DNA of 64,000 bases, taken from positions 34,348,001-34,412,000 of the forward strand of contig NC_042997.1 in NCBI RefSeq assembly GCF_006345805.1, written 5' to 3'. The position numbers and the translations under genes were made by a program. Origin of the DNA: Octopus sinensis (Eukaryota). Shown in pieces: positions 1 to 12,859 of this stretch (the first letter of the stretch is position 1; each line of letters begins with the position of its first letter). The notes beneath the pieces were generated by a model. It was given only the letters and a program-made list of their open reading frames with translations, had not been told where the DNA came from and searched no databases.

Positions 1-180
1 CTTCCTTTGTTTGGCAAAATGGGAGGGAGGATAATATTTCTCGCACAAATCCTCCAAAAAGTAGTCTGGAAATACATATTGGAAGACGTCAACTTCCATG
101 TTGTACTGATTGTGTAAAACATTTTCCACAAAGGAAAACAATTCGGCTGTAAACAGGGGGCATTCGCACAAAAAACGAAC
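1..180 (-). CDS. Candidate internal exon of an unidentified gene, running off the left edge (VRFLCECPLFTAELFSFVENVLHNQYNMEVDVFQYVFPDYFLEDLCEKYYPPSHFAKQRK)
   Basis: Minus strand shows a pyrimidine tract then tttagcag|GTT (NAGNAG acceptor), followed by 60 open codons with protein-like composition. A second frame is also open. No confident homology. Confidence 0.45.
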
Positions 181-397
181 CTGCTAAAGCAGGCAATGTG
201 TCCAGAAGATACAGAAAACAGCAAAACTTATATAACAGTTGAAAAAACAACGGTAAATCCCAAAACGGAAAATCTACTATTAAACGAGAGCAGTAGAAAA
301 ACACGTCTGTTCAGTAAACGTATTCCTTATCTTTGTCTGAATATTATTATCCTTATTTTTATTAATATTCTTTATTTAATTTAATTTATTTTTATAT

Positions 398-1118
398 TCT
401 ATATAATCGACTTAATCCCTTTGTCTGTCCTTGTTTGTCACCTCTATGTTTAGCCCTTTGTGGACAATAAAGAAATAAGAAATGTTAGCAAGTACCAGTT
501 ACGCACTGGGGTCGATGTAATCGACTTAATCCGTTTGTCTGTCCTTGCTCGTCCCCTCTGTGTTTAGCCCCTTGTGGGTAGTAAAGAAATAGGTATTTCG
601 TCTGCCGTTACATTCTGAGTTCAAATTTCGCCGAGGTCGACTTTGCCTTTCATCCTTTCGGGGTCGATAAATTAAGTACCAGTTACGCACTGGGGTCGAT
701 ATAATCGACTTAATCCGTTTGTCCGTCCTTGTTCGTCCCCTCTGTGTTTAGCCCCTTGTGGGTAGTAAAGAAGTAGGTATTTCGTCTGCCGTTACGTTGT
801 GAGTTCAATTTCTGCCGAGGTCGACTTTGCCTTTTATCCTTTCGGGGTCGATAGATTAAGTACCATAATTCGTACTGGGGTCGATATGATCGACTTAATC
901 CTTTTGTCTGTCCTTGTTTGTCCCCTCTATGTTTAGCCCCTTGCGGGCAGTAAAGAAATAAGAAGCGTTAGCACGCCGGCGAAATGCTTAGCAGTATTTC
1001 GTCTGCTGTTACGTGGTCGACTTTGCCTTTCATCCTTTCGGAGTCGATGAATTAAATACCACTGGGGTAGATCTAATCGACTGGTCCCGTCCCCAAAACA
1101 TTTCGGGCCTTTTGCCTA
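398..1118 (+). mobile_element. Head-to-tail multimer of tRNA-derived SINE family A, about 185 bp period
   Basis: Repeated blocks gagttcaaatt..ccgaggtcgactttgcctttcatcctttcggggtcgataaattaagtacc and gtcgat..aatcgacttaatcc; the aagtacc motif recurs near 490, 675 and 859. Confidence 0.9.
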
Positions 1119-1468
1119 GAGTAGAAAAGATTATTTTCTTTACGTGTATACATAAATCAAAGTTCATAAAGCTTTTTAATCTCTGCTGTTTCCGTACTGC
1201 TTCTGAGATTGTTTACTGTATTCATATATTCTTCCGTCTTTCTACATAACAGTCTATGTCTCACCTTCTCTTCTTCACACGTATTATATATTTATTTTTC
1301 TATCTTATCCAGCTAACTCACCAACAATTCTCTCTCACTTTCTCTCTTTCTTTCTCGGTAATGCATTTTCTGCCGTTCAGTGCTTCTACTGATTTCTCTT
1401 TCTAAAACTGTCGATAAGTTTGTCACGCCGTATCACACACAATTGAAGTACATCCAGGCCAAACTTAC

Positions 1469-1543
1469 CACCTACAAATGCAACAATTATTTCTCGATCT
1501 GTTTTGTTTGAAAGTACTTGAACCATGACGAAACCTTTGGTTA
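1469..1543 (-). CDS. Candidate 75-bp exon (phase 1-1: [24 protein letters not shown])
   Basis: gtgtgttgcag| acceptor, GTG|gtaagt consensus donor, length divisible by 3. The phase-2 frame is also open. Confidence 0.45.
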
Positions 1544-1564
1544 CTGCAACACACAAACACACAC

Positions 1565-1565
<1 letters not shown>

Positions 1566-1656
<91 letters not shown>

Positions 1657-1684
1657 GTATGTATATATATTTACTAATTTGTGT

Positions 1685-1726
<42 letters not shown>

Positions 1727-1851
1727 AGTATGTATATGAATGTGTTTGAGTTTTTATATACATATGTAAATATATGTGCATATGTATACACACACACACA
1801 TATATATATGTATATATTTAAGTGTGTGTGTGTATGTGTGTGTGTGTGTGT
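1566..1851. repeat. (TA)n/(TG)n compound microsatellite
   Basis: Direct sequence inspection. Confidence 0.95.
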
Positions 1852-2204
1852 TTTTAAAACTATTGTATGGTTATCGGCTATTAGATGCTACCATAGAGTA
1901 GGGAGTCTCCTTTTCTGGATATACAAGTTGAAGTCCGTAAATATCCGTACCTGAAGACGTGCAGATAAAAAGTAGTTATCGGATCATGCTAATACAATAA
2001 TATGCATACCATGTGTAACACTCAGCAATTACTAGCTGAACCTGATGCGCAGAAACAATCGTAGTGAGTTGGAATAAAGACTCTTCATTCTATCTTCTTC
2101 TGTAAGGATTAGACATTAATACCTAAGACATTTACTCGTTGCTCTGTCCACCACTCTTTGACAATCTTCTTCCTTTATCTAATAATGACATTAATAAACG
2201 CCTC

Positions 2205-2365
2205 TAATTTAGGCACTAGGCGAGAAATTTTGAGAGGTGGGCTTAATCGATACTGTCAACTAGTTTCTTTATCAATACTTTATCAGTACCAGAGAATGAA
2301 AGGGAAAGTTGATATCGGCAGATGTGAACTCAGAATGTAGAGAGCCGAAACAAGTACCGCAATAT
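2205..2365 (-). mobile_element. Degenerate SINE family A copy
   Basis: gaatgaaagggaaagttgatatcggcagatgtgaactcagaatgtag resembles the reverse complement of the family A core. Confidence 0.6.
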
Positions 2366-2450
2366 ACGATACTACTAACCAACCAACCACCCAACAACTA
2401 AACAACCACCCAACCAACCAATCATCATTTGCCAATCTTATGCCGTTATC

Positions 2451-2496
<46 letters not shown>

Positions 2497-3362
2497 AACT
2501 ATAAGTTAATATTTGAGAGATGTTTTTGTATTGTGCAAGTATTAACGCGTATAAAACGAAGCCATTTTGTTGTGATGTTTTGTTAATAATAATAATAATA
2601 AAAATAATAATAATAACAATAATAATAATAATGATAATAATAATAATAATAATAATAATGTATCAAAAATATTTCTTTTATCAATTTTATCTCCTTTCAT
2701 CGATAGAACGTTGCTGTTTTGATTCTTTGCTTCAGATGAAATTGTAAAAAATAAAAAAATAAAAAAATGAACGAAACGTTTTTTTTTCTGATTTCAATAC
2801 CTTTTTCGTCCCGTATTTTGTTTTTCGGTATTTATATAGAAATGTTATTTGTTTATTTTATTGATCAGACATTTCACTATAATTTCTCCTCTACTCTAGT
2901 TCATTTTTTTTCATCTCTATTTCTTTACTTTTCTTCTTTTTCATTATCTTGCTATGAAAACTACTTTAAGCTTTCATTCATTGAATTGCTTTTTTCTCTG
3001 TCACTCTCTCACTTTTTCTCTTTCTCTCATCCCCACCCCCGTGTCTCCCTTCATATCCTCAGTATCATTCTCTTGCACTGTCCTCCCACCTCAACTTTTT
3101 GTAGCACCATCATTTGTCCTATGCCATCTTTGTATGACACAGTAGCAATCCATCTCAGAAGGTTTCTTCTCTTCTTAACTCTATTAAGATGGCTTTCACA
3201 ACATGATCTCCAATTCTTTCCACACAGCCTATCCCTTTTCTCTTCCTTGCTCTATCTCTACCGTTATGTCTTTCATTTTGTACCCAACATCGTTTCCCTT
3301 CCTATCAAACACATTTAATTTTTTTCACTCAGTTTCACTTTTTTTCTTTGATTTGTTTACCG

Positions 3363-3363
<1 letters not shown>

Positions 3364-3424
<61 letters not shown>

Positions 3425-3433
3425 TACTATTAC

Positions 3434-3474
<41 letters not shown>

Positions 3475-3510
3475 TATTATTATTATTATTGTTGTTGCTG
3501 TTGTTGCTGT
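3364..3510. repeat. (ATT)n/(GTT)n microsatellite
   Basis: Direct sequence inspection; (AAT)n tracts also lie at about 2445-2495 and 2580-2660. Confidence 0.95.
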
Positions 3511-4104
3511 TGCTGTTTTTGTCATTGTTATGTTTTTGCGTTTCGATTATTTTTGCAACCAAGGTGACATTATCCTTTCGATGTTACGTGCCTATTCAGT
3601 ATTTAATAAATGAGAGCAAACGCGTAGCCTTTCCGCTTGACAGCAATGTAATCAATCGCTCATAATTTAATATTAGAATTGAATTTTCCCACCACCTTAT
3701 ACAACTTCTCTCTCCTTACAAAAATGTCCTTGTCATTCATTTTGGGCTGACTGAATTCTCATTAACCATGTTAATATTTTTCTCTGCAGTATCTCGAGAT
3801 TTTTCTCCTTTTCCAATTGCAAGTAAAAAAAAAATAATTGTACAAGAAACTATCCAGTTTTTGCTTCTTTCTACATTTTTTCTAATCTTTTTTTTATTGC
3901 TTTAATACCGATAAGATGTAGAACCGTTCGGTTTTGCAAGTTATTATTTATCATTTCTTTTATTTGTTGATCTTATTTTCCCTACTAATTTACAAGTAGA
4001 AAAAAAAAGAGGTTTTTCAGGCTTTACACCTCAGAATATTCATACTTTTTCCCTCTTTATTTTCGTATCAAACTGATGCATGAATACACTAACAAGAAAA
4101 ACGG

Positions 4105-4127
4105 TGATACATACATACATGCATGCA

Positions 4128-4161
<34 letters not shown>

Positions 4162-4230
4162 CATACATACATACATACATACATACATACATACATACAT
4201 ACATACATACATACAAACATACATACGCAT
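4105..4230. repeat. (TACA)n microsatellite
   Basis: Direct sequence inspection. Confidence 0.95.
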
Positions 4231-4748
4231 ACGAAGAACCACAATAAAAAAGTTTGTTTTATTGATAAATTTAATGTAAGGAAAGGAAGAGAGCATCAGG
4301 TTATTCATAATAGATTAACAGCATTATCTGATCAGTTCTGTTTAATCACAGCTATTGATTTAATATAACCCCTAAACGGAATTAAAGTATTTTCATTAAA
4401 TCAAATCACAATGGATTTTAAGAACCGAATCTAACATAAAATCTTTTTTCATACTTTAACACATAACCCGCAATGAAAGTGATTAGACGGGTCCTTAAGC
4501 GATTTTAAATCAGTTATGTCAAAATCAGCCCATTCGGAAGGAAGCAAGCATAATCTATAGTCTGTTTTCGTACTGGGAATTAATCACAATCGCATGGATT
4601 GTATGAAACGATGTTAAGAGATTTTGCTTTCGTAAGGTTGATGGGAATAGGCATTATTATTTTTTATGGGTATTAACATAAAGAGAAGTGAAGTATCTCT
4701 ATGTAGAAGTCGAAAGCTAGTGGCCACCTTAGTTCGGCAAGTACATAC

Positions 4749-4830
4749 CAGTGAATTAAACCAATTTCCACTGTTTTTGAGCTAAGAATCTCTCGTAGAG
4801 GACAGTAGTTCCACTTGTGGTAGTGAATGT
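4749..4830 (-). CDS. Candidate 82-bp exon (phase 1-2: IHYHKWNYCPLREILSSKTVEIGLIH)
   Basis: tcattcacag| acceptor and CTG|gtatgt donor; only one frame is open across it. Confidence 0.3.
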
Positions 4831-6272
4831 CTGTGAATGAGTAGATTAATGTAAAATTAACGGTCGAGCACACGTTTGCCATCGATAGAGACTTTTGATA
4901 CGAAACAGATTTGGAATCCAATGGCGGTCAGGAAAAAAAGGAACTAAATGAATGTATTTGAATCAAATACTGTAACTGACCGTTACAATATTTAAAGAAG
5001 AGTTGAACTGAAGACTAAGTTAATACATTACATCTGTTTTACGGTCGATACCCAAGCCCCATTCCGGATAAAAGCATCTAGTTCGCAAATTCAATAAAAT
5101 ACTGATGGCAGGATACAGACAACGATCTCTTGACCTGTTGTCTGATACCCTCCTTTTTTCACCACCCACTTTCTCACCTCGTTTATAAAATAAAATAAAA
5201 ACAGAAACAAGATTATTTAATTTCTTTAAAAGATTTCGTCTTTTCCAAATAATCCAGACTTCATTGAGACGCTGTATCTTCTATGTGTGTGTAAAAGGTT
5301 AAATGGAAGTCGTTGCTTGTTCCAGTCGGCATTAAAATTATCGTTCTTATTTTAGATCAAATCCCGCCATGGTTATCTTTGCTCAACATCCTCTTTAAGT
5401 CGATGACATTACGTATCTGTCAAGTACTGACTGTAGTCGTTAATTTAGCCTTGATTGAATAACATTTACTGGAGTGGATACTATAGTTCCGTAATCGTTC
5501 GTTTTAGGAAGGGCGCAAGTTAAATTTATCCGGTAGGATTCGATTTCAGCTGTATCTTTTAGGTTAAAAATCATGCTTAGGTTAATATTTACTGATCCGA
5601 GGGTCAAGAAAATATACATCAGTAATATTCTGTTGTTATGCAGGAGATTCAGTCGGCTTATGTCTTTCTTCTAAAATGTCTGATCTTATCCAAATGAGTA
5701 AACTGTTGTAAGGCTAAATGACTGGTAGAAACAATACAGCAACAGACGACATACAGTGTAGCATATAGCGAGGTCCTTTGCATCTAAGTTCAAATCACGC
5801 TAAAGCTAAAAACTGTATTACGTATTAAATCAACTCTAAACCTCGTTTAAAAAAGTCTGTATTTTATGTGAAACTTAGTAGTATTAATTCATTTCATAGA
5901 CTCCACGGTCTATAAACACACGTTGTTTAAACTTGTATGTACGATATACATTTGAGAATATGGTATAGTTTTTCGTATCGTAAAGAGGAGTTTAGTGTGG
6001 GAATTCGTATACCCACACAGCAACATGTCTCAGGAGATATGTATTTAATATGTGAATATAATGTACAAATACGAATTTTTTTCATGTAATGCGAAGTCAT
6101 ATGCTCCGGGCTGAATAGTTTCCAGTAATTTGCTCTATTTCTTGGTTTTGTCGATTATGATTCTGAATTCCCGTAGGGCAAACTTTGCTCTTTATCCATC
6201 GGAGTTAATAAAATAAGTACCAGTAATTTGCTGAAAATTTAACGTAGTTATGTATAATTCTCATAGGTAAAA

Positions 6273-6337
<65 letters not shown>

Positions 6338-7180
6338 CTTAAAAATAAGTCAATATTTACTTCTCACAAAATAATTCACTTCACAAACACTGAAACTTTC
6401 ATCAAATATTTTCTGCTGCGAAGCTTTCGTAAAAATTGTTGTAACGTTTTATCACTTGAAAGCCGCATCGTGTTAAGAACACTTCGATGAGAGAGTATTT
6501 AAACCATTTTAAGTCCATTTAATAGCATCAATTTAGCGATGAAAAGGTAAACAATTTTATTTTCATTTTTACAACATTAAATGTACTCAGGTGTTAGATA
6601 ATGTTGTTATGAAGACCAGTGTGTTTGTAGCCTTCGGGTAAACATTTATTGCCACTTAAATGGAAAGCTTCTTTACAGTTAAATGTGTTCATTATGATAA
6701 AATTGCAAGCACTAGGAGTCTATGAGATTTTTTCCTTGCCAAAAATTACAGATAGTCGAATAGAAAGCAACTGATAAGAATTTTTGCAATATATATCTTT
6801 CGTTTGGAAATGTTTGGTTTGGTTTGATTTTGAAGATGTTTCTATACGTCTCTCTGAAATTCCAATTCTTTCTTTGGTTGCAGTATTTTAGAGTGTACAT
6901 TGTTGCCGAGATAAAAAAAAGACGAAAGGGAGAAAGAGAGAGAGACAGAGGGAGAGAGAGATGGGAGAGAGAGAGAAGGAGACACACATACTGACTTGCG
7001 AAAGCATCTCATAGGATACAAACATTTCCAAAACAGTTATTTGTAAGATATCGTATACTTGTCTTAATGTTTGTATTCGGCGCTCCCATCAAAACAACAC
7101 GTTTGCTTTCTTCTTACATAGGTGACCGATGTTCAATAAAAGCGACGCCATTGACAGAAATAGTCTACCAAAGGCATATG

Positions 7181-7235
<55 letters not shown>

Positions 7236-8723
7236 CTATATATATATGTCTCTCTATCTATATATATTAAAAAGGGATGTATTGCATGGAGCTTTGCCTA
7301 TTTCTACATAAAGGAAAATAAAACAAAATAAATAAATATATAAATATATAAATAACTAAATCGTTCAAATTGATAACATTTCATGAAAAGGTACGACTTA
7401 TAATTCTATACATACATTTCTTTCTCTCAATAATCTCACTTTCATATTCGCATTGGAACTCCGTTGAGATTTGTTCTACTGAGTGGTAGACTGGTAATTA
7501 TGAATCGAATTATAGACGTAACGGTATAAGTCATGTCTGATCTAATATGTAATAGTAGTCATAGCAAAACTAGTATGAAATATGCAAAAGTGAAATGACC
7601 AACTAAAGAAGATATAGAAGTTTCCACTTTATTCAAATTTAACAACATAAATAATGTACTGGCATTTACCTTGCGAATTCACAGGTAAATAGTATTAGAT
7701 GATATGGCGTATTGTAGTCTGTGACACATATATATAGTATATAGTATTGCATATACGTCAACAGAGCTACCTAGAATATTTATTTTGCCTAGAAAGATAT
7801 GACTTTAACTAATAAAATAGCAGTTTGTCTAGTCCATTATACATTCGACCATTTCAACTCTAGTAAAAATCATTACAACCAAGCAACAACGACAACAAAA
7901 TAACTGATATGTTTTCATTCCAACTAATAATTTACATTAGTAAAATGACATATTTTGGGGGAAATTAAATTAACCCAAATAATTAGAAAGAACTTATTTC
8001 CATCACGTTTAATGAATGAAAAACGAAGTTAACTTCGGAACTATATGCCAGAAGTTTATTGTTTTAACACTTTCACTGTCTATTAATTTTCACATAGCAA
8101 CAACATTGATATTGATAATTTTCCATATGGACCACAAGGGTTCAGGCACAAATACAAAACATGCCATACAATACAGGTTATAAGATAGCTGGAATACACA
8201 TCTATTCGCATACACACAAAGGCAAACATGCACACATATAAGAAGAATGATTAAAAAGTTCCCTTTACTATTAATATAAACTGGTTAACAACTGAAATTA
8301 GTTGAGGACAGTCTCATCTCACCTCTCTTACTCTCCCCGTCTCTCTCACCTGACACCATCTGAACCCATCTTCATACATTTCCCTTTCCCGCTGCATTCA
8401 TTAAATATTCTGAATACTCGTTCTTTTCCACAAGTAAAGATGTCCATATATTTATATATATATATGTATGTTTATTACTTGAGGGAATAAAATCCAAACT
8501 TACAAGGAAAAAGAATTCAATTTAGAAATACAAAATCAAATTCCACGCAATATGATATATATATATCAAATATTAGAAAAAACCCACCTTTTATCAATTC
8601 AAAATGTATAATTAAATTACACCATCTAGAAAATTACATATAATAGAAAAGTTAAAATTAAAATAACAATTAAAAAATAAAGATTAAGTAAATTACAAAA
8701 ATAATATAATGTATATAATAATG

Positions 8724-8805
<82 letters not shown>

Positions 8806-9039
8806 TTTACTTCTTATGATAAATGCTTTATATGGAGTGTATATCACTGAATTACTTATGTAGAAAGAATGCTTCTTAAACTTCTTTCACTTATATTTTA
8901 AAATAACCGTTCGCCGTATCGATTTTAGTTTATACACATCTAGACTCAACAACAACATCTTAGCATGTGCTTATCTTTCATAAAGATAATATGTATATAC
9001 GAATATGTTATGTGACACTTATTCCATCAAGTCTTCTGT

Positions 9040-9252
<213 letters not shown>

Positions 9253-9615
9253 TTTTCTTGACGTATTCTTTATTCGCGCTGAGGAAAATAGTAATATGTA
9301 ATTAATTTGATTATAATTAAGCTAATTTCTAATTTTTCTACCATGTTATTTACATGTTAAAATTGCTGTCTGAAACGATCGTATGCATGGATTAAATTAT
9401 TTTCAAACTTTCAACATTTTCTCTTCTCCATCTTCAACGGCTTGTTGAGTTTCTATAGGATGTTTGTTCTATAAATTCTCATAACACACCTTGTAGCATT
9501 TTCATATTCGCAAAATTCTTACAACAGTAAGCTACCAATGGTATATGAAGAATCTTTATTAGAAATCGACCTTTGGACCTCTCTAAACTAAAAGAGGAAA
9601 TAAAACTCAAACTTT

Positions 9616-9652
<37 letters not shown>

Positions 9653-9685
9653 GACACAGGCACACAGACCCACACGAACATATAG

Positions 9686-9852
9686 ACGCAGGAGTGGCTG
9701 TGTGGTAAGAAGCATGCTTTCCAACCACATGGTTCCAGGTTCAGGTCCACTGCGTGGCACCTTCGGCAAGTGTCTTCTACTATAGCCTCGAGCTGATCAA
9801 AGCCTTTGTGAATGGATTTGGTAGACGGAAACTGAAAGAAGCCTGTCGCATG

Positions 9853-9908
<56 letters not shown>

Positions 9909-10712
9909 CTTAAATAATAAGGGTAAAAAATTGAATATTAATTTGATTAATATCAATTTGAACTAGTGGCCTTAGCATATTGAAAAAAATCTGAAGATTC
10001 AGAAAAATTATATTACAAATATATAAGAGGGATGACCACTAAGAAAAAAATGCTATCAAGAAAATTCAGCAAACGCCAGATCGTAAACGAGCAAGACAAA
10101 TGAAAAGATACGAAATATAATGATTAGTCGTATACCAGGTTTCATTGCTACCACTTACATAATTACATACGTAACTGTGTAAGTTTGCTGAATTTTTTTG
10201 AGAACAATCTTTTCCTAGTGGTCACTCCTATTATATATATGTCACCGTGACCGACCAGGCTATCAGATGTTGCTACACATCACTGGTCACAATGTTTTAG
10301 CCTTCAAATGACGTCACCCCACTGGCTAAGCGAGCAGGCCAACAAAAGAAAGACTGAGAGAAAGTTGTGGCAAAAGAGTACAGCAGGGATCGCCACCAGC
10401 CACTGCTGGGAATCGAAACAGCGATCCTACAACCGCGAGTCCGCTGCCCTAACCACTTGGCCATTGCACCTGCACAATATATATATATACTCATATATAC
10501 ATGTATATATTTGTATGTGTCTGTGTTTGCTCTGCCTCTTCCATCGCTTGACGACAGATGATGGTGTATTTATGTCCCTGTAATATAGCGGTTCAGCAAA
10601 AGTGACCGTTAGAATAAGTACTAGGCTTACAAAGAATAAGTCCTGGGGTTGATTTGTTCGACTAAAAAGATGGTGCTCGAGCATGGCAGTAGTAAAATGA
10701 ATGAAACAAGTA
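9686..10712 (+). mobile_element. SINE family B (CORE-like) split by nested insertions in its internal (TA)n
   Basis: Head gcaggagtggctgtgtggtaag..ggcaccttcggcaagtgtctt at 9686-9850; 3' half ..gaataagtactaggcttacaaagaataagtcc..gaaacaagt at about 10510-10712. Confidence 0.75.
10241..10475 (-). mobile_element. tRNA-derived SINE family C, internally deleted
   Basis: Minus-strand head gcaatggccaagtggttagggcagcggactcgcgg..gtttcgattcccag with A/B-box-like motifs; tail gtcaccgtgaccgaccagg shared with the copy at 24745. Confidence 0.85.
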
Positions 10713-10715
10713 TAA

Positions 10716-10760
<45 letters not shown>

Positions 10761-12002
10761 TGAAATGCGTTTTTACCGCTTGGATCGCTTTCAATGCCAC
10801 TACGACCCGCCCGATTCGCTCCAAAATTTACAGGGACATGTAGAATGAGGTGACGATGCCAGTGGGCTACCTTAGAAATCCCTATCTTAAAAGGTGTGGT
10901 TGCTAGGGGCCATCTTCCTCACTCACGCTATTTCTTCCTTTCCCTCTCATACTCCCCTTCATTTAGTCCACTCCCGTTATTTAGTGTAAGAACATTTTCA
11001 CTCACTCTATCTCTTAGCTTTCCATAATTCTTACTCATGTATCTCTATACAGAGAAACAAATATTCCATCGCCATCGCCACCGCATTCTATTGTCTACCT
11101 GTCAACGCGCCCATCGACTAAATACAAACAGAACACACCAACGAGAGTTTATATACATGTGTGTGTGTGTGTTCTATATATAACTATGTATATATAATGT
11201 ATATATACAAAGTGTATATATCTGTATTTATGTATATTAAACTTTTTAATACTTTTTGATAGTTACGTAAAGGGAACTGGTTGCTTCTTTACACTTTTTG
11301 GGTGCAACTTGGGTGCGAGACAGATAATTTTCTCTGTTAATTACGTGACCAACAGGGGTCTAACAGGGGGAAATTATGCCTAAACATGAGCGCAGCGCAT
11401 GTGAACATCCGAAGTGCTTTGAGTCGGGAGAAGAATTGAGCTGACGCAGACGTGTTGCAAAACAAGGGAGTACACGTGCAGAACAGAGGTGCATGAGTGC
11501 AATAGGGCTTGCTAGGCTGAAATACAGTGTACAGTATTGAATATCCCAGTGATTAATGCGGTAAGGCTGAGGTTGCCAGCCAGTGCTTGAGCTATTATAT
11601 GCCTCGGTCGTACAGGAACAAAAGTGTGGCATGCTGGCGCGTTGTAAGGGACAAACAACTTCCTCTATGTATGCGTGACCGACCTAGGGTCTTACAGAGA
11701 TGAGTTGTGTTTACAAGGGCACATTGAGCATGGAAAACAAGCGAGAAAGGCATATGTAGCGTATGAATGTGACAGAGATAGTGTTTTGCTGTCTGCCTTG
11801 AAGCAGACCTTTCCGTTGTTACTGCCTGATATTTATGATTGATCTTTCTAAATATTTTATTTCTCAACTTACTCAAGATCTTTTGTTGTTTATAAATGGG
11901 AGAGAGATAGATAAAGATAGAGAGTAAGAGAAAGCGAGGGAGGGTCCGAGAGAAAGGAAGAGTAAGAGAGTGGGAAAGTGAGAGAGAAACAAAGAGGGAG
12001 AA

Positions 12003-12310
12003 TCATCATCATCATCGTTTAACGTCCGTTTTCTGTGCTAGCACGGGTTGGACAGTTTGACAGGGGTCTGGGAAGCTGGAGGCTGCACCAGGCTCCAGTC
12101 TGATCTGGCAGTGTTTCTACGGGTGGATGCCCTTCCTAACGCCAACCACTCTGTGAGCGGAGTGGGTGCTTTTTCGTGCCGCCGGCACAGGCGCCAAGGA
12201 GGCTGGCAGCGGCCACGATCGGTTGGTACTTTTTACGTGCCACCAGCACAGAAGCCAGTCAAGGCGGCGCTGCATTCCGCCACGTTCGGATGGTGCTTTT
12301 TACGTGCTGA
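12003..12310 (-). mobile_element. 3' end of a LINE or LINE-derived SINE with a (GAT)n tail
   Basis: atcatcatcatcgtttaacgtccg..ggatgcccttcctaacgccaacc pattern with a simple-repeat tail, typical of RTE-type 3' ends. Confidence 0.7.
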
Positions 12311-12374
12311 AAGGAAGCAACAGAAAGTAACAACCACACTCTTACCCGCGCGCAGAGCGGGTCACCTTCAGCTA

Positions 12375-12423
<49 letters not shown>

Positions 12424-12649
12424 TACCTCCCTCGTCAGTCATTAAGATAAGTGCTTCTCGTGACTATGAGTTGTTTTGACTCTTATTTCTAGCGATACTG
12501 GTGGTAACTAGTACCCTTAGTCAACATATATATATATATGTGTGTGTGTGTGGGGGGGTATATTGATACAAGTCTAGTAATTTTAGGGAGCGGGTAACTC
12601 GATTACATTCACCAAAATGTTTTGCGTGGTAACAATTCTATTAGCTTGT

Positions 12650-12671
12650 CTTAATAATAATAATAATAATG

Positions 12672-12738
<67 letters not shown>

Positions 12739-12752
12739 GAATAATGATAATA

Positions 12753-12811
<59 letters not shown>

Positions 12812-12840
12812 TAATAATAATAATAATAATAATAATAATG
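12650..12840. repeat. (AAT)n microsatellite
   Basis: Direct sequence inspection. Confidence 0.95.
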
Positions 12841-12859
12841 TATCAAAGTTTGGTATAAG

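Noticed and set aside
398-1118. CRISPR-like appearance of periodic repeats; also 28612-29165 and 60335-61083
   Set aside because: Whole units repeat with no unique spacers, units are far too long, there are no cas genes and the context is eukaryotic.
1322-1407. Possible 86-bp minus-strand exon (LEREISRSTERQKMHYRERKRESERELL) bridging phase 1 to phase 0
   Set aside because: It needs a 61-bp intron and the E/R/K content reflects a (GA)-rich tract; unsupported without transcripts.
1892-2087. Two small minus-strand exon-like segments (NEESLFQLTTIVSAHQVQLVIAECYT and YGYLRTSTCISRKGDSLLY)
   Set aside because: Weak splice sites and a 59-bp intron; plausible by chance.
7664-7690. Imperfect palindrome atttacc..gaattc..ggtaaat giving donors on both strands
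   Set aside because: Short, AT-rich and imperfect; expected by chance.
11340-11830. GC-richer block with 90-aa ORFs
   Set aside because: No recognisable motif or termini; probably an old repeat that I cannot classify.
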